Shown here piece by piece: positions 28,325 to 36,915 of a stretch of 52,592 nt of DNA. The notes beneath the pieces were generated by a model. That model saw only the letters and a list, made by a program, of their open reading frames with translations, had not been told where the DNA came from and did no database searches. Every line of letters begins with the position of its first letter. The first letter of the stretch is position 1. The stretch lies in contig DAZI01000077.1 in the NCBI GenBank assembly GCA_002507245.1, positions 1 to 52,592 on the forward strand. Direction: 5' to 3'. Source of the DNA: Candidatus Bathyarchaeota archaeon UBA233 (lineage in GTDB: Archaea; Thermoproteota; Bathyarchaeia; Bathyarchaeales; UBA233). A program made the translations under genes and the position numbers.

Positions 28325-29833
28325 ATGGGTGAACTTAGGCCCCATGAGCGAAAAACTCTGCTTGTGCTAAAAGAGCTTGGTGGAAAAGCTAATGTGAATC
28401 AACTCACAACTAAAAGCGGTTTGTCCGAAGCAGCTCTAATGCGGGCTGCTCTTGTTTTACAAGATCAGAAGCTAGTGGAAATCAGGGAAAGGAAACAGAC
28501 AATTCTTACAATCACTCAAGAAGGAAAGATATACGCAAAGAAAGGATTACCCGAAAGACAGCTAATCAATGTACTTTTAGAATTGAAAAGTGAAGCTCCG
28601 CTTAAAAAGGTAATTAAGAAAGCAGGTTTAAGGGAAAATCTAGTTCCTATAGCTCTAGGTTGGCTTCGACGAAAAGGCTGGGCAAAACCGGAAAAAGGAT
28701 ACTTAAAAATATTAAAGACCCCGGAAAAAGAAGGATCTGATGAAAAACTGCTAAAACTTTTGGGGAAAAAACTTTCCGTAATCATCGAAAACCTCGATCC
28801 AGAGATGAAAAAAGCTGCAGAACTTTTAAAAAGACGAAAACTTGTTGAAATGAACCGAAAAACAGTAAGAACCCTGGAAATCACAAGGAAAGGACTGAAC
28901 CTTATAAAGCGTGGAGTCCATGCAGCAACAGAGATAAGTCAGCTCACACCAGAAATCATCGTAAGCGGCAAATGGCGAAAAGCAAAACTCCGAAAATACA
29001 ACATAAAAGCACCTGTAGCTAAAACTTGGCCTGGCAAGAAACATCCATACCTCCGTTTCATAGACGAAGTTAAAAGGAAACTTGTAGCGTTAGGATTCAA
29101 GGAAATGTATGGCCCCTTAGTTGAACTATCCTTCTTTAACTTTGACGCCTTATTTATGCCTCAGGATCATCCTGCCCGTGAAATATTCGGCATATACTTC
29201 GTTAAATCTCCAAAGCATGGAAACCTATCTCGTTATAAAAAAGTCGTTACTAAGGTTAAGGAAACACATGAAAACGGATGGAAAACAGGGTCAAAAGGCT
29301 GGGGATACAAATATTCAGTTAGAGAAGCCAGTCGCTTAATCCTCCGCGGGCATGGAACTGCGCTTAGTGTCCGAACATTGATAAGCAAGGATTTAGAAAT
29401 TCCGGGGAAGTACTTCTCCATCGCACGTTGTTATCGTCCCGAAGTCGTGGATAAAACGCATCTAACAGAATTCAACCAAGTAGAAGGAATAGTAGTGGAT
29501 GAAAATATCACGTTACGTGACCTTCTTGGAGTCCTAGAAAAATTTGCGATAGAAATAGCTGAAGCCGACAAGGTAAAGTTTCGACCTGACTACTTCCCCT
29601 TTACTGAACCAAGCGTGGAATTGAGTGCCTACAAGGAAGGATATGGCTGGATAGAATTTGGCGGTTCAGGCATATTCCGCCCTGAGGTTACTTTGCCCTT
29701 AGGCATAAAAGTTCCAGTAATAGCTTGGGGGTTGGGCATTGACCGCCTCTTCATGATGCGAGCTGGAATAGACGACATTCGATATGTATTCACTCAAGAT
29801 CTAGATTGGATAAGACGGAAGGGAAGAATTTAG
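28325..29833 (+). CDS. pheS: Phenylalanyl-tRNA synthetase alpha subunit
   Basis: N-terminal winged-helix repeats plus a class II core (FMPQDHPARE, RGHGTA, FSIARCYRPE, FPFTEPSVE, GLGIDRL). The start is taken at MGELRPH (28325) inside the listed ORF. Confidence 0.9.
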   Translation: MGELRPHERKTLLVLKELGGKANVNQLTTKSGLSEAALMRAALVLQDQKLVEIRERKQTILTITQEGKIYAKKGLPERQLINVLLELKSEAPLKKVIKKAGLRENLVPIALGWLRRKGWAKPEKGYLKILKTPEKEGSDEKLLKLLGKKLSVIIENLDPEMKKAAELLKRRKLVEMNRKTVRTLEITRKGLNLIKRGVHAATEISQLTPEIIVSGKWRKAKLRKYNIKAPVAKTWPGKKHPYLRFIDEVKRKLVALGFKEMYGPLVELSFFNFDALFMPQDHPAREIFGIYFVKSPKHGNLSRYKKVVTKVKETHENGWKTGSKGWGYKYSVREASRLILRGHGTALSVRTLISKDLEIPGKYFSIARCYRPEVVDKTHLTEFNQVEGIVVDENITLRDLLGVLEKFAIEIAEADKVKFRPDYFPFTEPSVELSAYKEGYGWIEFGGSGIFRPEVTLPLGIKVPVIAWGLGIDRLFMMRAGIDDIRYVFTQDLDWIRRKGRI

Positions 29834-31537
29834 ATGCCAACCATAGAAATAGAATATGAAGACTTTGAGCGGCTTCTAGACGTGAAACTTGAAAAAGACA
29901 TGGAGAAACTAGATGAAATTCTCGCTTTCGTAAAAGGCGAAGTCAAAGCCTTTAATGAAAAAGAGGGAATCTTAACCGTTGAAATAAAGGATACTAACCG
30001 TCCAGATCTATGGAACGTTGAAGGCCTAGCTCGAACACTCCGTGGTTTCTTAGGTTTAGAAAAAGGGTTAAAGAAGTATAACGTCGCAGGGAACTCTAAC
30101 GTCGAAGTACAAGTAGATAAGCGCCTCTGGAAGATCCGTCCCTACATAGCATGCGCAGTGATACGCGACCTAAAGCTAAGCGATACTATAATTCGGGGGA
30201 TAATGCGCCTCCAAGATAAGCTTGACCAGACTTACGGCAGAAACCGACGTCGAACATCTATAGGCCTTTACAACTTCAACCTAATCGCTCCTCCACTTCA
30301 CTATACGGTTACAAAACCCACAGAAACAAACTTCGCCCCTCTAGGATTTGAGCAGGAAATGACCCTAAAAGAAATTTTGGAGAAACACCCAAAAGGCTTA
30401 GAATACGGCAGTATAGTCCGCAGATTCGACATGTACCCAATCCTACTCGACTCAAAGAAAAACGTGTTAAGTTTCCCACCGATAATAAATTCTAATGATT
30501 TAGGAAAAATAACCACCGAAACCAGAAATGTTTTAGTTGAAGTTACCGGAACAGTTCTGGAAACAGTGCTAAACACTTTGAACATGGTTGTTTTCTCACT
30601 TGTCGACCGAGGGGGAAAACCGTATTCTACGACTATAAAATATGCGTACGGCACCAAAAAGGAGAACATCGTTACACCTGCAATTAAAACTTCAACTATG
30701 CACTTAGACATAAAATATGTGAATCAAGTCTTAGGTTTAAAGCTGACCACTAAACAGGTAGCCGAATTATTGAAAAAGGCTCGTTTTGACACAGAAAAAA
30801 GGAGCAACGACAGCCTTTTAGTGTGCATTCCGCCTTATCGAATTGATATAATGCATCCAATAGACTTGGTTGAGGATGTGGCTATTGCCTATGACTATAA
30901 TAATATCCAACCTTTGTGGCGGAGACTACCCACAACAGGAGCCATAACTCCCCAAACAGAACTTCATGATTTCGCGAGAGAAATAATGATCGGGATGGAG
31001 TTTCAAGAAATTCTTACATGTACATTGACAAATAAGCAAAGCCTTTTCAGTAAAATGAATCTCAAACCGGAGAAAATCGTAGAGATAGCTAATCCGAAAG
31101 TTCAAACTTTAACATGCTTAAGAAGTTGGCTTTTGCCTTCGCTTATGGAATTCCTAAGCAATAATCAACATGTGGAATATCCACAGAAGATATTCGAACT
31201 AGGCATCGTAGTAGTTCCTGACAAAAGAGCTGAAACACGAACCTGTGAAGAACAGAAACTGGCTGCAGTGATAACCCATGCCATCGCTGGGTTCACAGAG
31301 ATCAAATCAGTCTTAGACGCCTTCCTAGCCGCCTTAAATCTTAAGGGGCAAATAGAGGAAACTGTTCACCCAAGCTTTATAGATGGAAGAGTTGGCAAAA
31401 TAAAAATAGACAAAATGGACATTGGAGTGATAGGGGAGATTCACCCGAAAATCTTAGAGGCATGGAATCTGGAAAAACCTGTTGCAGCATTCGAAGTAAA
31501 CATGAGTAAAATATTTAGATTAAGTAAATTGAGCTAA
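29834..31537 (+). CDS. pheT: Phenylalanyl-tRNA synthetase beta subunit (archaeal type)
   Basis: The ATG immediately follows the pheS stop. B3/4 and B5 domain blocks are present (DTNRPDLWNVEGLAR, DIMHPIDLVEDVAIAYDYNN). 567 aa. Confidence 0.9.
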   Translation: MPTIEIEYEDFERLLDVKLEKDMEKLDEILAFVKGEVKAFNEKEGILTVEIKDTNRPDLWNVEGLARTLRGFLGLEKGLKKYNVAGNSNVEVQVDKRLWKIRPYIACAVIRDLKLSDTIIRGIMRLQDKLDQTYGRNRRRTSIGLYNFNLIAPPLHYTVTKPTETNFAPLGFEQEMTLKEILEKHPKGLEYGSIVRRFDMYPILLDSKKNVLSFPPIINSNDLGKITTETRNVLVEVTGTVLETVLNTLNMVVFSLVDRGGKPYSTTIKYAYGTKKENIVTPAIKTSTMHLDIKYVNQVLGLKLTTKQVAELLKKARFDTEKRSNDSLLVCIPPYRIDIMHPIDLVEDVAIAYDYNNIQPLWRRLPTTGAITPQTELHDFAREIMIGMEFQEILTCTLTNKQSLFSKMNLKPEKIVEIANPKVQTLTCLRSWLLPSLMEFLSNNQHVEYPQKIFELGIVVVPDKRAETRTCEEQKLAAVITHAIAGFTEIKSVLDAFLAALNLKGQIEETVHPSFIDGRVGKIKIDKMDIGVIGEIHPKILEAWNLEKPVAAFEVNMSKIFRLSKLS

Positions 31538-32325
31538 CTTGGAAGAAACCTCATTTTTTTCAAAACTGATAAGATTTCTAAATCCATTTTTTCCTGCTGG
31601 TCAGCTATTGTTTTGTGCCGTATATGATCTGAATAGTGATATGTAGATTCCCTATTAGCATACTTTTGATAGTATCCTTCTTTTTCAAGCGTATAGTTCA
31701 TGTGTTCCAAGAAAGCCTTCATCTCTTTTTCTGTGGGTTTTTTGTAGCTGTCGATGTGAAGGATGGAAGATAAGGGCCATCTTGGTCTCGTCGGTGGTTG
31801 TTCGTTGGGATAGCCAACACAGAGAAGAGTTAGAGGAATCACGTTTTCTGGAAGCTTTAATGTTTCGATTAACTCGTCATTTGCAAACGCAGATCCTATG
31901 TATACCGATCCAAGCCCTAAGCATTCAGCAGCCATAGTCATGTTCTCAGCTACGAAACAAGCGTCCATTATACTCATAAATTTAATCAAATATCCATGAC
32001 CATGTCTAAAGCAGTGGTTATGTCCCAAATAGTCAAGAACTTGACTTAACCTGTAAACGTCTGCACAAATCACGAAGATAATGGGCGCTTCCCGAATTGC
32101 TCCTGAAATCTTACATGCATCCAAAACTTTGTTTTTGAGCTTATCGTCTCTAACCCAAATTACTGAGTAGGTTTGAAGGTTACACGCTGTGGGGGCACGT
32201 TGTCCAGCCTCAACTATTCTCTGAACAACCTCTTCAGGAACCGGCTTAGAACTAAACCGCCTAATTGTTCTTCTTTTGAAAAACAAATTCAACAATTGTT
32301 GGGAGACGGTGGACATATTTTTCAC
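31534..32325 (-). CDS. Nitroreductase-family flavoprotein
   Basis: RRTIRRFSSKPVPEEVVQRIVEAGQRAPTACNLQ is the canonical nitroreductase N-terminus. The stop codon overlaps the pheT stop (convergent). Confidence 0.8.
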   Translation of the reverse strand: MKNMSTVSQQLLNLFFKRRTIRRFSSKPVPEEVVQRIVEAGQRAPTACNLQTYSVIWVRDDKLKNKVLDACKISGAIREAPIIFVICADVYRLSQVLDYLGHNHCFRHGHGYLIKFMSIMDACFVAENMTMAAECLGLGSVYIGSAFANDELIETLKLPENVIPLTLLCVGYPNEQPPTRPRWPLSSILHIDSYKKPTEKEMKAFLEHMNYTLEKEGYYQKYANRESTYHYSDHIRHKTIADQQEKMDLEILSVLKKMRFLPS

Positions 32326-32471
32326 GTTTCAAGAAATATTTGGCACAATCATTTAGCTTTTACCCAAAACAGTAGAGTCAACTTCCACTTTTATGAATGA
32401 TTGCAGAAATTTAAGAGATGTTATTTTCCCTATGATTTAATAGTGGTTCAATTCGAGCTTTAACTTGTAAA

Positions 32472-33632
32472 TTATCCACGTAAGGTGTCGAGAAATTCTC
32501 CAGTTCTCTTTATCTGTTTAATAAGAAGTCGAAGAACATTTTCGCCTAAGTTTGTGATCAATTTAAAGGTAATTTTTTCCTTTCTAGATAAGCCGTAGTT
32601 CCATACGCCTACTAGACGATTGTTGAACAAAATAGATGGAGCTGCTGAAGAACCATTGTAATAGAAAATATGTTCATTTTCAGCTTCAACAAATCTCCTA
32701 CGATCTTTGTAACCTTTCAAATAGAGGTCTTCATATGGAAGAAGCTCTAAACTGACTTCTTCCGGTTTCTCTGTTGCCATTAATTCTTTAACCTCTTTGT
32801 AAGCCATCCAGAATATTCCTTTCAATTCATCAATTTCTAATCGGCAAAATTTGTCGCTTCTCTCCTGCAGCAATTTTTTTACCACGCTTGCCTTGAAGCC
32901 AGTCCACCAAGTAATGTCTCTTGTACTTACTGGACCGAAAGCAGTGATATATCTTTGTATTAGTTGTTCTTTCGCCTCATCTTTAGAAATTGAATGTAGA
33001 TTAATTGAAGGGAACAATTTCTGCGTCAAGAAATATTTGTTTGGATGGAGAGGTGACCATGTTCCCTTACCTTTGTATGAAACAATCTTTCCTTCAATCT
33101 CTAGAATGTTTAAAATCACGGAAAGATTAGTTGCGGAATATTTCCTACGTCCTACGATTCTTTGCACTGTCCGTTTCAGTCTGGCCGGTAGAACGCGTTT
33201 TATTTCTTGAAGCGTTTTTCCATCTTCCTGCAGAACTTCAAATATTTTTTCAGAAACCTTGCAATATTCCTTTTCGCGTATTCCCCAGTTCTTTAACACT
33301 TTAAGCTTTGCATTGTTTTCTCTAGTGGCTTGATAAACTAAAGGAAAATCCTCAACTTTGATTATGAAGTAGGTTCCTCGCATTCCTTTTACTCTAACCA
33401 GTTTTTTGTCCTCGTACATTAGTCGGTCAAAAGAATCCTTTCGAAATGAACGAAGCCTAGCAAAAAGAGAAAGATATGGTGTTTGAGGGTTAGTTGCGTG
33501 AAGAGCAAAAACGTCTTTTAAAACTTCAAGGATAGAATTGCCTTTGCAACTATCAAAAAGATGCTGTTTCTTAAGGTTATAACAATGAACTTTACTAAGG
33601 GATACTTGTAAAGTATCTGAAGCCCTATTCAT
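32472..33632 (-). CDS. Winged-helix AlkZ/YcaQ-like protein (putative DNA glycosylase family)
   Basis: LHATNPQTPYLSLFARL, MRGTYFII, QRYITAFGPVSTRDITWWTGF, LLPYEDLYLKGYKDRRRF and NNRLVGVWNY match the conserved blocks of the AlkZ-like/HTH_42 family. Confidence 0.65.
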   Translation of the reverse strand: MNRASDTLQVSLSKVHCYNLKKQHLFDSCKGNSILEVLKDVFALHATNPQTPYLSLFARLRSFRKDSFDRLMYEDKKLVRVKGMRGTYFIIKVEDFPLVYQATRENNAKLKVLKNWGIREKEYCKVSEKIFEVLQEDGKTLQEIKRVLPARLKRTVQRIVGRRKYSATNLSVILNILEIEGKIVSYKGKGTWSPLHPNKYFLTQKLFPSINLHSISKDEAKEQLIQRYITAFGPVSTRDITWWTGFKASVVKKLLQERSDKFCRLEIDELKGIFWMAYKEVKELMATEKPEEVSLELLPYEDLYLKGYKDRRRFVEAENEHIFYYNGSSAAPSILFNNRLVGVWNYGLSRKEKITFKLITNLGENVLRLLIKQIKRTGEFLDTLRG

Positions 33633-33705
33633 TAAGATTCCTAATCAAAAGAAGGAAACCCTCATGAAATAAGATTTTCCGAAACCATTAAGTGATAATG
33701 TACAT

Positions 33706-34881
33706 TTAACGATAAATTGTTTGTAACAAGGTTTTGGGGTTACTGGGTAGGTACAAATCGAGTGTGGGATGTTTTTCTATGACTCCTCTTCGCTTGAGCC
33801 CGTTTAATGCTTTTCTCAACGCCTTTAGGCTTGGGGTGTCTTTTTTATCTGCCCACTTTAAATCAACTCTTATGTCCTTTACTGAGCTTGCTCCTGTCCT
33901 TAGGAGACTTCTATAAACTCTTATTTCCAAATCTGTAAACGCGTATTCCCTTAATTTAGAACAAACAGTTTCCACGATTTCTTCAAAGCCTAGAACCACT
34001 GTTTCTGTGGGTTTAGCTTCCCTCCATAAGGTTTCGAAGTGCTGCTCAAAAATTCTTGCAATGGATACACTTTCAATAAGTATGGCAGTAGCACTGTGTA
34101 TCCCAGTTTCCGGATCTCGTAGATTTACAAGAACCTTACTTCCATCAACAATCACATATTTTTCAGAAATCTTATCATCTTCAATGAAACGTCTGGGAAG
34201 ATAAGTAGCTCGAGTATACCCTATGTAGGAGGGAATAGCGCTTAAAGAAGTAAGCCACCTAACATCAACCCCTTTCACATCAATTGCTTCATACCACTCG
34301 CTTAAAGATCTCGGCTGAATTATGCCAAGTGTTGTCAGATCTCGCCAATCTGGAGGCCGAGAAACCCCCCAAAAAGAGTAATCTGCCTCTTTAAGAAGCT
34401 CTATCAGCAATTCTTGAATATTATCCCAACCTTCAATCTGGACAGCAATCTTGGTTGGTTCAGTCTTAGGCCTCCTATGGAGAGTTTTCATCACTTCTAA
34501 CAAAGCAAAGCTTTCCCGTTTAAGGTGATTAAGACGTTTTCTCTTCTCTTCCTCTATCCGTTTAATTTCCTCATGCGCCCATTTATTTAGCCACATTCGT
34601 TCCTCTATGAATCGTTTCTTCAAAAGCGATTCTAAGTTTTTCACGGTGTAGGTTTTTGGAAACTTGATTGTTTGAACAACTAATCCCTTTCTTTTTAGTT
34701 CTTCTAGAATGTCGTAAACCCTTTGTATGGGTACTGTTGACCTCTGCGAAATCTCTTTCGCAGTTTGAGGGTGTGGGCTAAGGATTAAAGCTAGAATTAC
34801 TTTGGCTTCATATTGATTCAGATTTAAGGTAATCTTGAGCTTGTCAATTATCTCGGAAAACCCGGAAATATCTCGACTCAT
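33706..34881 (-). CDS. TrmB-family transcriptional regulator with N- and C-terminal winged-helix domains
   Basis: The N-terminus is LNQYEAKVILALILSPHPQTAKEISQRSTVPIQRVYDILEELKRKGLV. A coiled-coil and effector-like domain follow. The C-terminal wHTH is TDLEIRVYRSLLRTGASSVKDI...GLKRRGVIEK. Confidence 0.7.
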   Translation of the reverse strand: MSRDISGFSEIIDKLKITLNLNQYEAKVILALILSPHPQTAKEISQRSTVPIQRVYDILEELKRKGLVVQTIKFPKTYTVKNLESLLKKRFIEERMWLNKWAHEEIKRIEEEKRKRLNHLKRESFALLEVMKTLHRRPKTEPTKIAVQIEGWDNIQELLIELLKEADYSFWGVSRPPDWRDLTTLGIIQPRSLSEWYEAIDVKGVDVRWLTSLSAIPSYIGYTRATYLPRRFIEDDKISEKYVIVDGSKVLVNLRDPETGIHSATAILIESVSIARIFEQHFETLWREAKPTETVVLGFEEIVETVCSKLREYAFTDLEIRVYRSLLRTGASSVKDIRVDLKWADKKDTPSLKALRKALNGLKRRGVIEKHPTLDLYLPSNPKTLLQTIYR

Positions 34882-34971
34882 CTTTCACCACTAATACATC
34901 TTTTAGAGTGAAGAATAGTTAACGAGGTTTTATATCTTACTCCTTACAGCTGTAAAATTGAGGAGATAAAA

Positions 34972-35871
34972 ATGATAAGAGAATTAGAAGGCTATATTCA
35001 ACAAAACAAAGAAAACTTGGCGAAACTACCCACAGTTTCTTGGTATGGCGGACTTTATCGATACTTGTTAGATACAAAAAAAGCAGATGCCCAGCAACTT
35101 CAAGGGATAGTGGAAAGAATCAAAGGTTACCAGAAGAACGATGGAGGCTACCAAGTGGAAACAAAGGGAACAACCAGCTCAGTCGTGGAAACAGCCGTAG
35201 TCATAGACTTGCTCCTAGATGTTGGAGGCTCTTGTGACTCTGACATGGTGTCGCAGGCTGTTGAGTTTCTTCTCACACAACAGCGAGAAGACGGGGGATT
35301 TGCTGAAAACATCAGCGTGAAACATCCGATTGAGTGGGATGACAAGTATATTTACGAAAAAAGGGTTTCAACACCGCATGTGACTGCTTGGGTATTGAAG
35401 GCACTTTTAAAAACAGGTTTGTCAAAAGAGAATCCGGCAGTCGCCAAGGCTTTACGATATCTTGCAGTTTCTCAAAAGAAGGACGGCGGCTGGTCGCATT
35501 TCAAAAGCGAAGTCAAAAGTTCTTTATACCTAACAGCATTGATAGTAATCGCACTCGGTGAGTTTAAAGAGTTCAAGCATGCAGTAGATGTTGATACATT
35601 GAAAAACTATTTTATTAGCCACCAAAAGGAAAACGGAAGTATAGGCGACTGTCTAGATGCGAGTCTTTTGGTTGCCGAAGCTTGGCATAGCCTTGGAGTG
35701 AACAAAGAAAATTCTAACATGATTCGATTGTTAAAGTGGATAATAAAGCAACAGGATTCTGATGGTTCTTTCATAGATAAAGACTGTGGTTGGCCTGATA
35801 CACTAGAAAATCGTGTTACCTGTTCAATGAACACGATGAGAGTTTTATATAAAACCGGGTTACATAGGTGA
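34972..35871 (+). CDS. Prenyltransferase/squalene-oxidase-repeat protein (single alpha/alpha-toroid domain), copy 1
   Basis: Five spaced repeats: QKNDGGY, QREDGGF, QKKDGGW, QKENGSI and QQDSDGSF. Each is followed by a helix ending in xxAL/xxLG. No signal peptide. Confidence 0.7.
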   Translation: MIRELEGYIQQNKENLAKLPTVSWYGGLYRYLLDTKKADAQQLQGIVERIKGYQKNDGGYQVETKGTTSSVVETAVVIDLLLDVGGSCDSDMVSQAVEFLLTQQREDGGFAENISVKHPIEWDDKYIYEKRVSTPHVTAWVLKALLKTGLSKENPAVAKALRYLAVSQKKDGGWSHFKSEVKSSLYLTALIVIALGEFKEFKHAVDVDTLKNYFISHQKENGSIGDCLDASLLVAEAWHSLGVNKENSNMIRLLKWIIKQQDSDGSFIDKDCGWPDTLENRVTCSMNTMRVLYKTGLHR

Positions 35872-35877
35872 AAAACT

Positions 35878-36765
35878 ATGAAATTAAGAGTAGACCCTGT
35901 GCCTGTTTTTTGGAGGAAAGCCAGTTGTTGGAGAAAACTGCGATTACTAAGATATTTTGGTAACATGGAAACGTTTATTGCGCAAAAATACTTGAAGGAG
36001 ATGAATAATCTTCGACGTGAAGACGGTGGTTTTTCCAGAACTTCTGACGAACAATCTTCAGTTACTGTAACAGCTGAAGCGATAATGAACTTGATATGTT
36101 CAGGCGTAAGCCCAAACTCGCCATCTGTCCAAAAGGCCTTAAACTTTCTCTTAAGTCTGCAAAAAGAGAATGGAAGCTGGCGTGAAAATCCCAAGCTCTC
36201 AAAGGATAGGATACCTTTCTGGTCAAGCTGTGAGAAAGGCGTTCCAATACTTACTGCGGATTGTATAGAAGCATTTGTGGAGGCTGGATACCGAAATGAT
36301 GAACGAATAATAAAGGCAGTAGAATGGCTGAAACAAATGCAATCTCCAGATGGAATGTGGTTAAGCCTTGAAGATACCGATCCGAACGACACTGAACCAG
36401 ATTCCACGCAAAGAGCAATATCAGCACTGATAAAATTTGGTTTGCCAAAAGATTCTCACATAATAAAAAATGCCTGTGTTGCGTTAGAGAAATTCATCCT
36501 AAGAGAAGCTGCAGAATGGGCTAAAACCCATCCGCCAGTTTGGCCTTGGATCGCCTCTTTGGACGGATTAGTAGCCGCAGGTTATACTGTTGAAAATAAG
36601 GCCGTAAATTATGCGTTAAAGAACATAGTGGAACAGCAACAAGAAGATGGAAGCTGGCCTAACAACTATGAGCTAAGAGTAGTCCCCACGTTAATTAAGC
36701 TTGATATAATCCAAAAGGAACAAGCTTCGGAGACAATCAAAGTGGTTGATTCAGAACAAGCTTGA
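35878..36765 (+). CDS. Prenyltransferase/squalene-oxidase-repeat protein (single alpha/alpha-toroid domain), copy 2
   Basis: Repeats RREDGGF, QKENGSW, QSPDGMW and QQEDGSW. GGTGA lies 8 nt upstream of the ATG and 6 nt after the copy-1 stop (operon). An alternative start is MET at 35965. No signal peptide. Confidence 0.7.
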   Translation: MKLRVDPVPVFWRKASCWRKLRLLRYFGNMETFIAQKYLKEMNNLRREDGGFSRTSDEQSSVTVTAEAIMNLICSGVSPNSPSVQKALNFLLSLQKENGSWRENPKLSKDRIPFWSSCEKGVPILTADCIEAFVEAGYRNDERIIKAVEWLKQMQSPDGMWLSLEDTDPNDTEPDSTQRAISALIKFGLPKDSHIIKNACVALEKFILREAAEWAKTHPPVWPWIASLDGLVAAGYTVENKAVNYALKNIVEQQQEDGSWPNNYELRVVPTLIKLDIIQKEQASETIKVVDSEQA

Positions 36766-36791
36766 CATTCTCTTTTTATTAGAGAAATTGC

Positions 36792-36820
36792 ATTCTTGAT
36801 TAGTTATGTTTTTCAAGAAT
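36792..36820 (+). promoter_or_regulatory. 8-bp perfect inverted repeat ATTCTTGA-N13-TCAAGAAT upstream of the giant surface-protein gene
   Basis: attcttga (36792-36799) and tcaagaat (36813-36820) lie in the AT-rich 150-nt spacer between 36765 and the ATG at 36916. This could be an operator or an RNA hairpin. Confidence 0.3.
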
Positions 36821-36915
36821 ATGTAAACCTTAGTTTTATTATGATCTCTAAAGTTAATATAAAGTTGACAATAAATTTTTTTATTATAATAAATAGAAAA
36901 AACTTTCTGATAAAA

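Noticed and set aside
35607-36407. 266-aa ORF on the minus strand spanning the junction of the two prenyltransferase-repeat genes
   Set aside because: It is entirely antisense to two well-supported repeat-containing CDSs. The product is Ser/Phe/Leu-rich and low-complexity, typical of antisense frames, with no motif and no plausible start context.
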